Of a stretch of DNA of 64,000 nucleotides, positions 9,492 to 19,034 are shown one piece after another; the stretch's first letter is position 1, and each line of letters starts with the position of its first letter. The translations under genes were made by a program, and so were the position numbers. The notes beneath the pieces were generated by a model. That model did no database searches. It had not been told where the DNA came from and saw nothing but the letters and a program-made list of their open reading frames with translations. This stretch comes from Gammaproteobacteria bacterium (GTDB lineage Bacteria; Pseudomonadota; Gammaproteobacteria; Natronospirales; REEB76), in assembly GCA_036263155.1 (NCBI GenBank), contig DATAHN010000130.1, positions 1,649-65,648 of the forward strand, written 5' to 3'.

Positions 9492-10840
9492 ATCGGAAGG
9501 ATCAGCACCGCTTCCAGGCCTCCGGCCGGATGGTTCTGAAGCACCAGCGTCCCACCGTGCAGTTCCGCGATGTTGCGGGCGATGCTAAGACCCAGACCCA
9601 CGCCGCCGCTCTCCTGGCTGCGGGCTGCATCCAGGCGGTAATAAGGCTCGAACACCTTCTCCAGCTCGTCCGGCGGGATGCCGGGCCCCGCGTCCCGCAC
9701 CCGGATCACGACCTCCCGCCCCAGGTCCTCCACCGTGATGATGGCGCGCTTGCCGTAGCGGATCGCGTTGGTCACGAGGTTATCCAGCAGGCGCCGGAGC
9801 GCACGCGGCCGCAGCGGCACCGGGCGCGTGACCCTGCCCTGCAGCGTCACGTCGTAGCCCATGTCCCCCGAGTCCGTCTCCAGGCTCTCCAGCAGCGCCA
9901 TCAGGTCCACGCTCTGCATCGGCTCCCGGTCCTCGAAGCCGCGCAGGAACGACAGGGTGGCGCTGGTCATGTTCTCCATCTCCTGCAGGTCCCGCACCAG
10001 CTTGGCTTTCAACTCCTCGTCGCCGAGCAACTCGGCGCGCAGGCGCAGGCGCGTGATGGGTGTACGCAGGTCATGGGAGACGGCGGTGAGGATGCGGGTG
10101 CGCTCGTAGATGTAGTCACGCAGGCGCGCCTGCATGGTGTTGAATGCGGCGGTGGCGGCGCGCACCTCCAGCGAACCCTGCTCCGGCAGCGGCGGCCGGT
10201 GGATGTCGCGGCCCAGCTCGTCCGCGGCGCGCGCGAGCGTCGATAGCGGCCGGGTCAGCCAGTGCACCGCCAGGAACGAAAGCAGCAGCACCGAGAGCAG
10301 CAGCACCGTGAGGCTCAGCACCAGCCGCGCCGGGCTGTCGGTGAGCGACCAGGGGCGCGGGTGGTCGAAGTTCACCCAGCTGCCGTCCTTGAGCTGCACC
10401 TCGGTCACCACATGCTCGCTGTGCTCGATCTTCGGCGCGTCCACCGGTACCGGCACGCCGGCGATCGCCTCCTCCGGCGTACTCTCGATCACCACCACCC
10501 GCACGTCGCGGCTGCCCATGAGCTCCTGCAGCGCGCCCTGGTAGTCGCTGAGCTGCGGGTCCGACCTGCCGCTGGCGCGGGGCTGCGGGCTCAGGCTCAC
10601 CAGGAGGCGCGGAGTGGTGATGATGCCGGCGATGCGCTGGCGCTCGCCCACGTCGAGGGAGTCCATGAGCCGCACCGCCTGGACGATGCGCTGCGCCCAC
10701 TGGGCGTCGCTGAACCGGAATAGCGCCTGGTCCCGCTCCGACAGGCTGATGGCGGCGCTGATGAGCTGGGCCAGGGTGAGGCCAGCCAGCAGCACCAGGG
10801 TGAGGCGTCCATACAGGGATTGGGGCCAGAGCCGGCTCAC
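9485..10840 (-). CDS. envZ: EnvZ-like sensor histidine kinase
   Basis: 451 aa with two TM segments flanking a periplasmic domain. HAMP region, H-box SHDLRTPITR, N box NAIRYG, G boxes DAGPGI and GGVGLGLSI. Its start overlaps the upstream response-regulator stop by 4 nt. Confidence 0.7.
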   Translation of the reverse strand: MSRLWPQSLYGRLTLVLLAGLTLAQLISAAISLSERDQALFRFSDAQWAQRIVQAVRLMDSLDVGERQRIAGIITTPRLLVSLSPQPRASGRSDPQLSDYQGALQELMGSRDVRVVVIESTPEEAIAGVPVPVDAPKIEHSEHVVTEVQLKDGSWVNFDHPRPWSLTDSPARLVLSLTVLLLSVLLLSFLAVHWLTRPLSTLARAADELGRDIHRPPLPEQGSLEVRAATAAFNTMQARLRDYIYERTRILTAVSHDLRTPITRLRLRAELLGDEELKAKLVRDLQEMENMTSATLSFLRGFEDREPMQSVDLMALLESLETDSGDMGYDVTLQGRVTRPVPLRPRALRRLLDNLVTNAIRYGKRAIITVEDLGREVVIRVRDAGPGIPPDELEKVFEPYYRLDAARSQESGGVGLGLSIARNIAELHGGTLVLQNHPAGGLEAVLILPIR

Positions 10841-11562
10841 GCCTCGACCTCCACGGGCATGGCGAACACGTAGCCTTCGCCGCGTACCGTGCGGATGAAC
10901 GCCGGCACCCGGCCGTCGTCGCCCAGGCGCTGGCGCAGGCGGCTCACCTGCACATCGATGCTGCGGTCGAAGGGCATGTGGCTGCCGCGGCCGCGGATCA
11001 TCTCGGTGAGCTGGTCGCGGCTCAGCACCTGCCCGGCGTGGTGCAGGAACACGCTGAGCAGCCGGTACTCCGCGCCTGACAGCGGCGTGACCACCGCAGC
11101 CGGCGATACCAGCTGGCGGGTCAGGGTGTCGAGCTTCCAGCCGGAGAATATGAAGTGGCGCGCCTGCTCGGCAGGCACTTTCTCCGGCAGGGTACGGGAA
11201 CGGCGCAGCACGCTCTGGATCCGGGCCAGGAGCTCACGCGGGTTGAAGGGCTTGGCCAGGTAGTCGTCGGCGCCCGTCTCGAGGCCGGTGATGCGGTCCG
11301 CCTCCTCGCCGCGGGCGGTGAGCATGATCACCGGCAGGATCGAGCGGCTGCGCAGGCGCCGGCACAGACTGATGCCGTCCTCGCCCGGCAACATGAGGTC
11401 CAGCACCACGAGGTCGAAGCGCCGGTCCTCCAGCGCCTCGTCCATGCTGCGGCCGTCCGGCACCGCGGTCACCTGGAACCCTTCCCGCGTCAGGTACTCC
11501 GACAACAGGTCGCGGATCTCGGCGTCGTCGTCCACCAGCAGGATGTGATCGCGTTGCGCCAT
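10837..11562 (-). CDS. ompR: OmpR-family response regulator (closely OmpR-like)
   Basis: ORF trimmed to the ATG at 11562 (MAQRDHILLVDDD), 241 aa. Long stretches parallel E. coli OmpR, for example LDLMLPGEDGISLCRRLRS, GADDYLAKPFNPRELLARI and SIDVQVSRLR. Confidence 0.75.
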   Translation of the reverse strand: MAQRDHILLVDDDAEIRDLLSEYLTREGFQVTAVPDGRSMDEALEDRRFDLVVLDLMLPGEDGISLCRRLRSRSILPVIMLTARGEEADRITGLETGADDYLAKPFNPRELLARIQSVLRRSRTLPEKVPAEQARHFIFSGWKLDTLTRQLVSPAAVVTPLSGAEYRLLSVFLHHAGQVLSRDQLTEMIRGRGSHMPFDRSIDVQVSRLRQRLGDDGRVPAFIRTVRGEGYVFAMPVEVEA

Positions 11563-11659
11563 GCGGTTCTGTCTGGGATGGGCGTCGCGGCGGCCGCCGC
11601 GCGCGGTATGAGATTCTATCCGCCGCATATCCACGCCGTGCGTTGCCGCACCGGCGATT

Positions 11660-11676
11660 TGTATCAAAGTGTATCA
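11660..11676. promoter_or_regulatory. tandem direct repeat TGTATCA-N3-TGTATCA (10-bp phasing), candidate response-regulator binding site
   Basis: TGTATCA occurs at 11660-11666 and again at 11670-11676. Both lie in the 258-nt divergent region between the ompR-like gene and the RND efflux operon. Confidence 0.35.
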
Positions 11677-11820
11677 GCCGGGACCCAGTAACGGCGCGGT
11701 GCGAGAATAGCGGCCCGCGCACGGGGCACTGAACATCGCCGCGCGTACCGCTCCCGACGCACCGCATCCGGACATCGCCATGCCCGACCTTTCCATGCCG
11801 TCCCACTCCAGGCCGCGACC

Positions 11821-12951
11821 GTGAGCGCCAGGCGCAAGGCGTTCTGGATCATCGGCGGCATCGCTGCTCTGCTGCTGGTGCTGGTGTCACTGCGCGTGTG
11901 GGTCAACTACCGGGCCAGCCGGCACCATGAGGCGCCCGAGAACCTGGTGGTGGACACCGCCGTGGTGAAGGTGCAGCCCATGCCTATCACGCTGCAGGCC
12001 ATCGGCCAGGTGCTTCCGGAGCACACGGTGCAGATCAGGCCGCAGGTCACGGGCATGCTGAAGGAGGTGTACTTCACGGAAGGCCAGACCGTGAAGGCCG
12101 GCCAGAAGCTCTTCCTCATCGATCCCGCGCCGTTCCAGGCGGCGCTCGCCTCAGCCAAGGCCGCTGCCGACAGCACCCTGGCCAACGCGGACCGCATGCA
12201 GCCCCTGGTGAAGCGCGGCTTCGTGACGCCCCAGGACTATGCCAACGCCCGCGCCGCCGCGGACCAGGCCCACGCCGCCTACCAGCAGGCCGAGATCAAC
12301 CTTTCTTACACCGATATCCGCGCACCCATCTCCGGCCGCACCGGCAGCCTGGCGGTGAAGTCCGGCAACGTGGTCGGACCGGGCGACGCCAGCCCGCTGG
12401 TGGTGCTGAACCAGATGCAGCCGATCCAGGTGCAGTTCAACCTGGCCCAGCAGTTCCTGCCCCGCGTGCGCGAATCCGATGGCCGCCACCCGGTCAAGGT
12501 GACCGTAACCCACGAGGACGGCAACGGTGTGCTGGACGAGGGCAGGCTCGTGTTCATCGACAACGCGGTCAATGCCGGCACCGGCACCGTGATGTTCAAG
12601 GCCGGCCTTCCCAACCGCCAGGAGCAGCTCTGGCCCGGCCAGTACGTGGGCGTGACGCTGCAGCTCACGGTGCAGCCGCAGGCCGTGGTGGTGCCCCAGA
12701 GCGGAGTGCTGACCGGCCAGGAAGGCAACTACGTGTACGTGGTGGAGGCCGGCAAGGCCGAGCGCCGCGCCATCAAGGTGGACCGCCAGATGGGTGAGGT
12801 CGCGGTGGTGGCGGCCGGGCTGAAGGGCGGCGAGACCGTGGTGGCCCAGGTGCCGCGCAACCTCAAGGCGGGCATGGCGGTGAGCGCCGCGCCCGTGGCC
12901 GGCACCGCGCAGCAGGCGGAGATCACCATGCCGGGCTCGCAGCCACCATGA
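11821..12951 (+). CDS. RND efflux membrane fusion (periplasmic adaptor) protein
   Basis: 376 aa with a GTG start and an N-terminal TM anchor (FWIIGGIAALLLVLVSL). HlyD/AcrA-type lipoyl and beta-barrel segments (YTDIRAPISGRTG). Confidence 0.85.
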   Translation: MSARRKAFWIIGGIAALLLVLVSLRVWVNYRASRHHEAPENLVVDTAVVKVQPMPITLQAIGQVLPEHTVQIRPQVTGMLKEVYFTEGQTVKAGQKLFLIDPAPFQAALASAKAAADSTLANADRMQPLVKRGFVTPQDYANARAAADQAHAAYQQAEINLSYTDIRAPISGRTGSLAVKSGNVVGPGDASPLVVLNQMQPIQVQFNLAQQFLPRVRESDGRHPVKVTVTHEDGNGVLDEGRLVFIDNAVNAGTGTVMFKAGLPNRQEQLWPGQYVGVTLQLTVQPQAVVVPQSGVLTGQEGNYVYVVEAGKAERRAIKVDRQMGEVAVVAAGLKGGETVVAQVPRNLKAGMAVSAAPVAGTAQQAEITMPGSQPP

Positions 12952-15900
12952 ACCTGTCGGCGCCGTTCATCCACCGCCCGGTCATGACCACCGTGGTCAT
13001 GGCGGGCCTGCTGGTGTTCGGCCTGTTCGCCTACGACGCGCTTCCGGTCAGCGAGCTGCCGAGCGTGGACTTCCCCACCATCAACGTCTCGGCGAATCTG
13101 CCGGGTGCGAACCCGGAGAGCATGGCCTCCTCGGTGGCGACGCCCCTGGAGCGGCAGTTCAGCGCCATCTCCGGCGTGACCGCCATGAGCTCCAGCAACA
13201 CCACCGGCAACACCAACATCACGCTGCAGTTCGACTTGTCGCGCAACATCGACGCCGCGGCCCAGGACGTGCAGACCGCGATCTCCCAGAGCATCCGCCA
13301 GCTCCCGCTCAACATGCCCACGCCGCCCACCCTGCGCAAGGTGAACCCGGCGGACTACGGCATCATCTACCTCGCCATCACCGCCGACAGCGTGCCGCTC
13401 ACCCAGCTCGACGAATACGCGGAGACGCGGGTGGCGGCGCAGCTCTCGCAGGTCCCCGGCGTGGCCCAGGTGATCGTGTTCGGCTCCTACCAGTATGCCA
13501 CCCGCATCTACGTGAACCCCTACGCGCTCTCGGCACGCGGGCTGTCGCTGGACATGCTGAGCGACGCCATCAAGAGCAACAACACCAACCTGCCCTCCGG
13601 CACGCTCTACGGCAGCACCCACACCTACACCGTGCAGAGCAACGGCCAGCTCACCGACGCCGACGCCTACAACCGCATGATCGTGGCCTACCAGGACGGC
13701 GCGCCGGTGCACCTCTCCGACGTGGCCAGGGCCGTGGACGGGGTGCAGCAGGACAAGCAGCTCACCACCTTCTCGGACGCCGACGATGAGCGCGGGAAGC
13801 TCAGGCCCGCGATCGTGCTCGCGGTCAAGCGCCAGCCGGGCGCCAACACCGTGACGGTATCCCAGGCAGTGCAGTCGCTGCTGCCCGAGATCACCCGCCA
13901 GGCGCCGGGTGACGCCCGGGTGCATCTCTTGTACGACCGCGCCGGCTTCATCAAGGGCTCCATCGGCGATGTGCGCACCACCCTGCTCTTGGCCATCGCG
14001 CTGGTGGTGGGCGTGATCTTCCTGTTCCTGCGCAACCTGCGCGCGACGCTCATCAGTGCGCTGGCGCTGCCCACCTCGGTGGTCGGCACCTTCGCCGTGA
14101 TGCAGCTGGCCGGCTTCAGCCTGGACAACCTCTCGCTCATGGCCCTCACGCTGGCGGTGGGCTTCGTGGTGGATGACGCGATCGTGGTGCTGGAGAACAT
14201 CGTGCGCTTCCGCGAGCACGGCGAGCCCAGCATGCGGGCGGCGCTCCTCGGCAGCCAGGAGATCGGCTTCACGGTGGTGTCCATGACCCTGTCACTGGTG
14301 GCGGTGTTCATCCCCATCCTGTTCATGGGCGGCATCGTCGGGCGACTGTTCAGCGAGTTCGCCATGACCGTAGGCATCGCGATCCTGATCTCGGGCTTCG
14401 TCTCGCTCACCCTCACGCCCATGCTCGCCAGTCGCTTCATCCGGGACAGCGAGCGCCACGGCCGGCTCTACAACGCGCTGGAGTCCGGCTTCGACCACCT
14501 GCGCGAGTGGTACCGGGTGTCGCTGACCTGGGCCGTGGACCACTGGCCCGCCATGCTGGGCGTGGGCGGAGTGGTGCTATTGCTCACCTTCGTGCTGTTC
14601 GCGCTGGTGCCTAAGGGCTTCATCCCCAGCGAGGACACGGGCCAAGTGCTGGCCAACACCCAGGCCGCGGAAGGCGTCACTTTCGAGCAGCTCAATGCCA
14701 TGCAGCAGCAGGTGGCGAAGATCGCGCAGCAGAACCCCGGCGTGCAGGCGCTCATGTCCAGCGCCGGCCAGGGTTTCGGCGGCACCGCCTCCAGCAACAT
14801 CGGGCGCATGTTCATCGGCCTCAAGCCCATGCGCGACCGGGAGAAGGCCGACGACATCCTGCAGCAGCTGCGCAAGGCGGTGGCGCCGGTACGCGACATG
14901 CAGGTGTTCTTCCAGAACCCCCCGGCCATCAACGTGGGCTCCATCGGCAGCAACGCGCAGTTCCAGTACGTGCTGCAGGGGCCCGACATCGACGCACTCT
15001 ACGCGGCCGCGCCGAAGTTCGAGCAGCAACTCGATACCCTCCCCGGCATCCGGGACGTGAGTTCCGACCTGCAGCTCGACAACCCGCAGATCGACGTGAA
15101 GATCAACCGCGAGGCCGCCTCCAGCCTCGGGGTTACCGCCGAGCAGGTGCAGTCCATCCTCTACAGCGCCTACGGCGGCCAGCAGGTGAGCACCATCTAC
15201 GGCCCCACCAACGAGTATTGGGTGATGATGCAACTTGCACCCCAGTACCAGTCCGACATCGGCGCGCTGGACGCGTTGTACGTACGCGGCGCCGCCGACC
15301 GCCTGGTGCCGCTACGGGCGGTGGCTGACATCAGCCCCGGCGTCGGGCCGCTGCAGGTCAACCACTACGCCCAGCTGCCGGCGGTGACCCTGTCCTTCGA
15401 CCTCGATCCGGGTCTCGCGCTGGGCGACGTGACCTCGCGCATCGAGACCCTTGCCGACAGCAACCTGCCCTCCGACATCAGCGGCAGCTTCGCCGGCAAC
15501 GCCCGCACCTTCCAGCAGTCCATGGTGGACCTGCCGATCCTGCTCCTGGTCACCATCCTGGTGATCTACATGGTGCTGGCGATCCTGTACGAGCACTTCA
15601 TCCACCCCCTCACCATCCTCACGGCGTTGCCGCTGGCCATGGTGGGGGCGCTGCTGTCGCTGCTGCTGTTCGGGCAGGAGCTCAACATCTTCAGCTTCGT
15701 CGGCCTCATCATGCTGGTGGGACTGGTCAAGAAGAATGGCATCATCATGGTGGACTTCGCGCTGCAGATCCGCCGCGAGAAGGGCCTTTCGGCCCGCGAC
15801 GCGATCATCGAGGCCTGCCTGGTGCGGTTCCGCCCGATCATGATGACCACCATGGCGGCGATCCTCGGCACCCTGCCCATCGCGCTCGGCTTCGGCATGG

Positions 15901-16073
15901 GCGCGGAGGCGCGCCGGCCGCTCGGCATCGCCACGGTCGGGGGCCTGATCTTCTCGCAGATGCTGACGTTGTTCCTGACCCCGGCCTTCTACGTGGCCAT
16001 GGAGCATCTCTCGGCGCGTTTCAAGCGCGAGCCGGAGACGGCCGCCACGCCTGAGCCCACCGGCGGGGAGTGA
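12948..16073 (+). CDS. RND multidrug efflux transporter permease (AcrB/MdtB/C-like)
   Basis: 1041 aa with the 12-TM RND architecture and two large periplasmic loops. Its start overlaps the MFP stop (ATGA). Confidence 0.9.
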   Translation: MNLSAPFIHRPVMTTVVMAGLLVFGLFAYDALPVSELPSVDFPTINVSANLPGANPESMASSVATPLERQFSAISGVTAMSSSNTTGNTNITLQFDLSRNIDAAAQDVQTAISQSIRQLPLNMPTPPTLRKVNPADYGIIYLAITADSVPLTQLDEYAETRVAAQLSQVPGVAQVIVFGSYQYATRIYVNPYALSARGLSLDMLSDAIKSNNTNLPSGTLYGSTHTYTVQSNGQLTDADAYNRMIVAYQDGAPVHLSDVARAVDGVQQDKQLTTFSDADDERGKLRPAIVLAVKRQPGANTVTVSQAVQSLLPEITRQAPGDARVHLLYDRAGFIKGSIGDVRTTLLLAIALVVGVIFLFLRNLRATLISALALPTSVVGTFAVMQLAGFSLDNLSLMALTLAVGFVVDDAIVVLENIVRFREHGEPSMRAALLGSQEIGFTVVSMTLSLVAVFIPILFMGGIVGRLFSEFAMTVGIAILISGFVSLTLTPMLASRFIRDSERHGRLYNALESGFDHLREWYRVSLTWAVDHWPAMLGVGGVVLLLTFVLFALVPKGFIPSEDTGQVLANTQAAEGVTFEQLNAMQQQVAKIAQQNPGVQALMSSAGQGFGGTASSNIGRMFIGLKPMRDREKADDILQQLRKAVAPVRDMQVFFQNPPAINVGSIGSNAQFQYVLQGPDIDALYAAAPKFEQQLDTLPGIRDVSSDLQLDNPQIDVKINREAASSLGVTAEQVQSILYSAYGGQQVSTIYGPTNEYWVMMQLAPQYQSDIGALDALYVRGAADRLVPLRAVADISPGVGPLQVNHYAQLPAVTLSFDLDPGLALGDVTSRIETLADSNLPSDISGSFAGNARTFQQSMVDLPILLLVTILVIYMVLAILYEHFIHPLTILTALPLAMVGALLSLLLFGQELNIFSFVGLIMLVGLVKKNGIIMVDFALQIRREKGLSARDAIIEACLVRFRPIMMTTMAAILGTLPIALGFGMGAEARRPLGIATVGGLIFSQMLTLFLTPAFYVAMEHLSARFKREPETAATPEPTGGE

Positions 16074-16085
16074 TCCAGGCCCCGG

Positions 16086-16958
16086 TCAGAACGTGGTGTC
16101 GAGGCAGATCTTCGCCAGGTGTTCGTGCAGGAGACCGGTGTCCGCCTCCATGAGGTAGTCCGCCGGCTTGCTTGAGCGCAAGAGCAGCACTGCGGTCTTC
16201 TCGTTGATCAGGAAGGTCTCCCCCGCCTGGCCCTGGGCCGGCGCGATCTCCCATCCCGGCACAGCCACCACCGGCAGCACGTGCAGCCGGTGGCTCAAAC
16301 CCTTCACCTGCACGTCCGCGAGGGCACGTGCGCTGCGCTCCGCAAGAGCGATGGTGTCCAGCAGGGCGAAGCCGTCCTGGAACTCGATGGAACGGCCGTT
16401 GATGCGCACCACGTGGGAATCGCCCTTGCGTGGACGCCTTGCCACCACCCGTATCGCGAACACGCCGCGGTTACCCATCACCACGTGGTCAAGGATGAGT
16501 TCGCCCGCCGGCACGTCATGGAACACCCGGTGCCCTTGCACGGCGAGGCGCGCCAAGGTGCCGCCCAGGGCCGCATGGGCCCGCGCCGCGTAGCGGCACT
16601 CCCGCCAAGCCAGGGACTTGCGCACCAGGAACACCCACCAGGCCACGAACAGCGCGCAGGCGAGGCCGAACAGCACCCACATCCATACGCCCTCGAGGCG
16701 TGCCGTGCCGTAGACCCACAACAGCGCGCCGCCGGTGAGCGCAGCCACGGCGCCGGCCCCCAGGATCAAGAGGTCCCGCTCCACCGCCCGCAGCTCGCGC
16801 CGAGCCGCAGCGCCGGAGATGCTCTGCACCAGCTCCGGGAACGCGCCCTTGAAGCGTAGCTTGGGCGCAGCGCGGCTGAGCAGCCACAGCAGGCCCCAGG
16901 CCATGGCGCCGGCGAACAGGGCGGCTGTGATGATGTTGATCAGGAGGACGAGTGACAT
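16086..16958 (-). CDS. membrane-anchored NERD (nuclease-related) domain protein
   Basis: ORF trimmed to the ATG at 16958 (MSLVLLINIITAALF). Three predicted N-terminal TM helices are followed by a NERD-like core, RVFHDVPAGELILDHVVMGNRGVFAIRVV. Confidence 0.6.
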   Translation of the reverse strand: MSLVLLINIITAALFAGAMAWGLLWLLSRAAPKLRFKGAFPELVQSISGAAARRELRAVERDLLILGAGAVAALTGGALLWVYGTARLEGVWMWVLFGLACALFVAWWVFLVRKSLAWRECRYAARAHAALGGTLARLAVQGHRVFHDVPAGELILDHVVMGNRGVFAIRVVARRPRKGDSHVVRINGRSIEFQDGFALLDTIALAERSARALADVQVKGLSHRLHVLPVVAVPGWEIAPAQGQAGETFLINEKTAVLLLRSSKPADYLMEADTGLLHEHLAKICLDTTF

Positions 16959-17072
16959 CGGCGCGGCGTTCCCCAAGGCAGCGTGGGCGCCGATTATGCC
17001 AGCGCGGTTACAGATCCACCGGGCGGCAGTCAGAAAGGTCAAACCGATTTATAGGCCATAAATCTTATGTCC

Positions 17073-17104
17073 AAAAGAGGAAGGCGCCCGTCCGGACGCC
17101 TTCC
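17073..17104 (-). terminator. rho-independent terminator after the DUF1761 gene
   Basis: The minus strand reads GGAAGGCG-TCCGGACGGG-CGCCTTCC followed by TCTTTTGG, about 20 nt after the stop at 17124. Confidence 0.6.
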
Positions 17105-17123
17105 ATGGAGACCGTCGGCGGCT

Positions 17124-17543
17124 TTAGCGCCAAGCGGTGAGTATCAGGCCCATCACCACCAGGTACACGAGTTGGTAGCCCGTATCCAGGAGGTAGGCCT
17201 TGAGCGGCTTGTCGGAGTACAGGTTAGCCGTGAGGCCCACGGTGGCGACGAAGCCGAGCCACAGGAGTCCGCCCAGCTTGATGCCGGCCGGGATCGCGCT
17301 GATGTGGGTGATGCGCAGCAGCACCGCGAACATGAGGGCCATCACCAGGTAGCAGGCGAAGGAGACAGCGTAGGCCTTGCCGCCCTGCTTGCGCATGGCC
17401 TCGATCTGGGCGGCGCTGTAGCCGTTGAAGGCCACCCACTGCTTGCCGAACAGGAATGGCGAGTACCACAGGGCGCCGAGGCCGAAGGTGGCGACCGCGG
17501 CGACCACCACGGCGAAGAAATTGACGTTCAGGTACTGCATCAT
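17124..17543 (-). CDS. DUF1761-family small membrane protein
   Basis: 139 aa with 4 TM segments. The motif LWYSPFLFGKQW matches DUF1761 proteins as I recall them. Confidence 0.6.
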   Translation of the reverse strand: MMQYLNVNFFAVVVAAVATFGLGALWYSPFLFGKQWVAFNGYSAAQIEAMRKQGGKAYAVSFACYLVMALMFAVLLRITHISAIPAGIKLGGLLWLGFVATVGLTANLYSDKPLKAYLLDTGYQLVYLVVMGLILTAWR

Positions 17544-17578
17544 TCCCCTTCTCCCGGTTGACCGCTGGCGCGCGGCGC

Positions 17579-18616
17579 TTATTCGTCCTTATAGATTGCC
17601 ACAAATTCCTTGCCGGCGGTGTCGATGTAGGCCCGGTACATACCCTCGGTGTTGAACGGCATGCGGATGTTGCCGTCCTTGTCCATGGCGATGGCACCGC
17701 CGCTGTCGGCACCGCCCAGCTCGACGAGGTCGTGCAGCACCAGCTGGTCCGCCGCCGCCTGCACGCTCATGCCCTTGAAGCGCATCAGGTCCGAGATGCC
17801 CTTGGCGAGACCGAGCCGGATGAAGTATTCGCCGGTGCCGGTGCCTGAGACGCCGCAGCTCCTGCCATCGGCGTAGGTGCCGGCGCCGATGATGGGTGAG
17901 TCCCCCACCCGGCCGTAGTACTTGTTGTTGAGCCCGCCGGTGGAGGTGCCGGCGGCGAGCTCGCCGCGCCTGTCCAGCGCCACCGCGCCCACGGTGCCGA
18001 AGCCGTGGGCCGTGGTGCCCGGGTACTGCTCGAGAGACGCGCGGCGGTCGTCCGCCTCCATCTTGAGGGCGCGCTGTAGCTCATCCCAGCGGCGCTGGGT
18101 GAAGAAGTAGCTGGCCGGCACCAGGGGCACGCCCTGGCTCCTGGCGAACTCCTCGGCGCCCTCGCCCATCAGCATCACATGGGGCGTCTTCTCCATCACC
18201 AGGCGGGCCAGGTCGATGGGGTTCTTGATGTGTTCGACGCCCGCCACCGCGCCAGCCTTGAGGGTGCTGCCGTCCATGAGGGCGGCGTCCAGCTCGTTCT
18301 TGCCGTTGTGGGCGAATACCGCGCCCTTGCCGGCGTTGAACAGGGGCGAATCCTCCATCACACGGATCGCGGCCTGCACCGCATCCAGGCTCCGGCCGCC
18401 CTGCTTCAGCACGGTATAGCCTGCCTCCAGCGCCTGCTTGAGGGCGGCGCGGTATTCGGCATCCATCTCCGGCGTCATGTCCTTGCGGGTGATGGTGCCG
18501 GCACCGCCGTGGATCACTATCGCGATGGGATGGTCCGGCACGGCAGGCTCGGCAGCCACGCTCAGGGCCGGTTGCAGGAGCAGGACGGCAAGCAGGATAC
18601 GCAGGATGTGCGGCAT
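17579..18616 (-). CDS. isoaspartyl peptidase / L-asparaginase (Ntn hydrolase), exported
   Basis: 345 aa with a signal peptide. Has HGGAGT and the autoprocessing nucleophile context GTVGAVALD. Confidence 0.85.
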   Translation of the reverse strand: MPHILRILLAVLLLQPALSVAAEPAVPDHPIAIVIHGGAGTITRKDMTPEMDAEYRAALKQALEAGYTVLKQGGRSLDAVQAAIRVMEDSPLFNAGKGAVFAHNGKNELDAALMDGSTLKAGAVAGVEHIKNPIDLARLVMEKTPHVMLMGEGAEEFARSQGVPLVPASYFFTQRRWDELQRALKMEADDRRASLEQYPGTTAHGFGTVGAVALDRRGELAAGTSTGGLNNKYYGRVGDSPIIGAGTYADGRSCGVSGTGTGEYFIRLGLAKGISDLMRFKGMSVQAAADQLVLHDLVELGGADSGGAIAMDKDGNIRMPFNTEGMYRAYIDTAGKEFVAIYKDE

Positions 18617-18626
18617 GGTCGGTCCC

Positions 18627-19034
18627 TCATGGCTTGATGTCGGCGGCGGCCCGCTCTCGGGCCAGCGGATCCACCGCCCAGACGATGAACAGCAGCAGCA
18701 GTTCCAGCGGCACCATCCACAACAGGATGCTGGCGAGGGACGGCGCAGTGCCGCCCCCGGCCATCATGTCGCTGGCGTTGAAGGGGTTGATGTAGCCGAT
18801 CGGCAGGCCGATCGTCACCATCAGGAGCAGCAGCGCGGCTGCGCGCCGCGCGAACAGGTTGCCCAGCAGCAGGCCCACGCCCAGCGCCGCCTCGATCAGT
18901 GTCTTGATGAACAGGAACACGGACCAGCCGTGGCCGAGCAGCATCGGCAGGAGATCCACGAGCGCGAGCACCAGGAACAACACCCCGCAGGCCTGGGTGA
19001 TGCGGCGGCGCAGCACGGGCAGCGTGGGCATCAT
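18627..19034 (-). CDS. hypothetical 4-TM membrane protein
   Basis: 135-aa hydrophobic ORF. Its start overlaps the pmbA stop (ATGA). I recognise no family. Confidence 0.5.
   Translation of the reverse strand: MMPTLPVLRRRITQACGVLFLVLALVDLLPMLLGHGWSVFLFIKTLIEAALGVGLLLGNLFARRAAALLLLMVTIGLPIGYINPFNASDMMAGGGTAPSLASILLWMVPLELLLLFIVWAVDPLARERAAADIKP

Noticed and set aside
9485-16073. Naming the two-component system and RND pump as baeSR-mdtABC.
   Set aside because: The regulator aligns far better by eye with OmpR than with BaeR or CpxR. Only one RND permease gene is present and the arrangement is divergent. Generic RND/MFP calls were kept.
44-18616. A functional link between the pcm-like methyltransferase (44-697) and the isoaspartyl peptidase (17579-18616) as an isoaspartate-repair system.
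   Set aside because: The genes are 17 kb apart in unrelated operons. The pcm-like gene belongs to the conserved tolC neighbourhood. This is more likely coincidence than a system.
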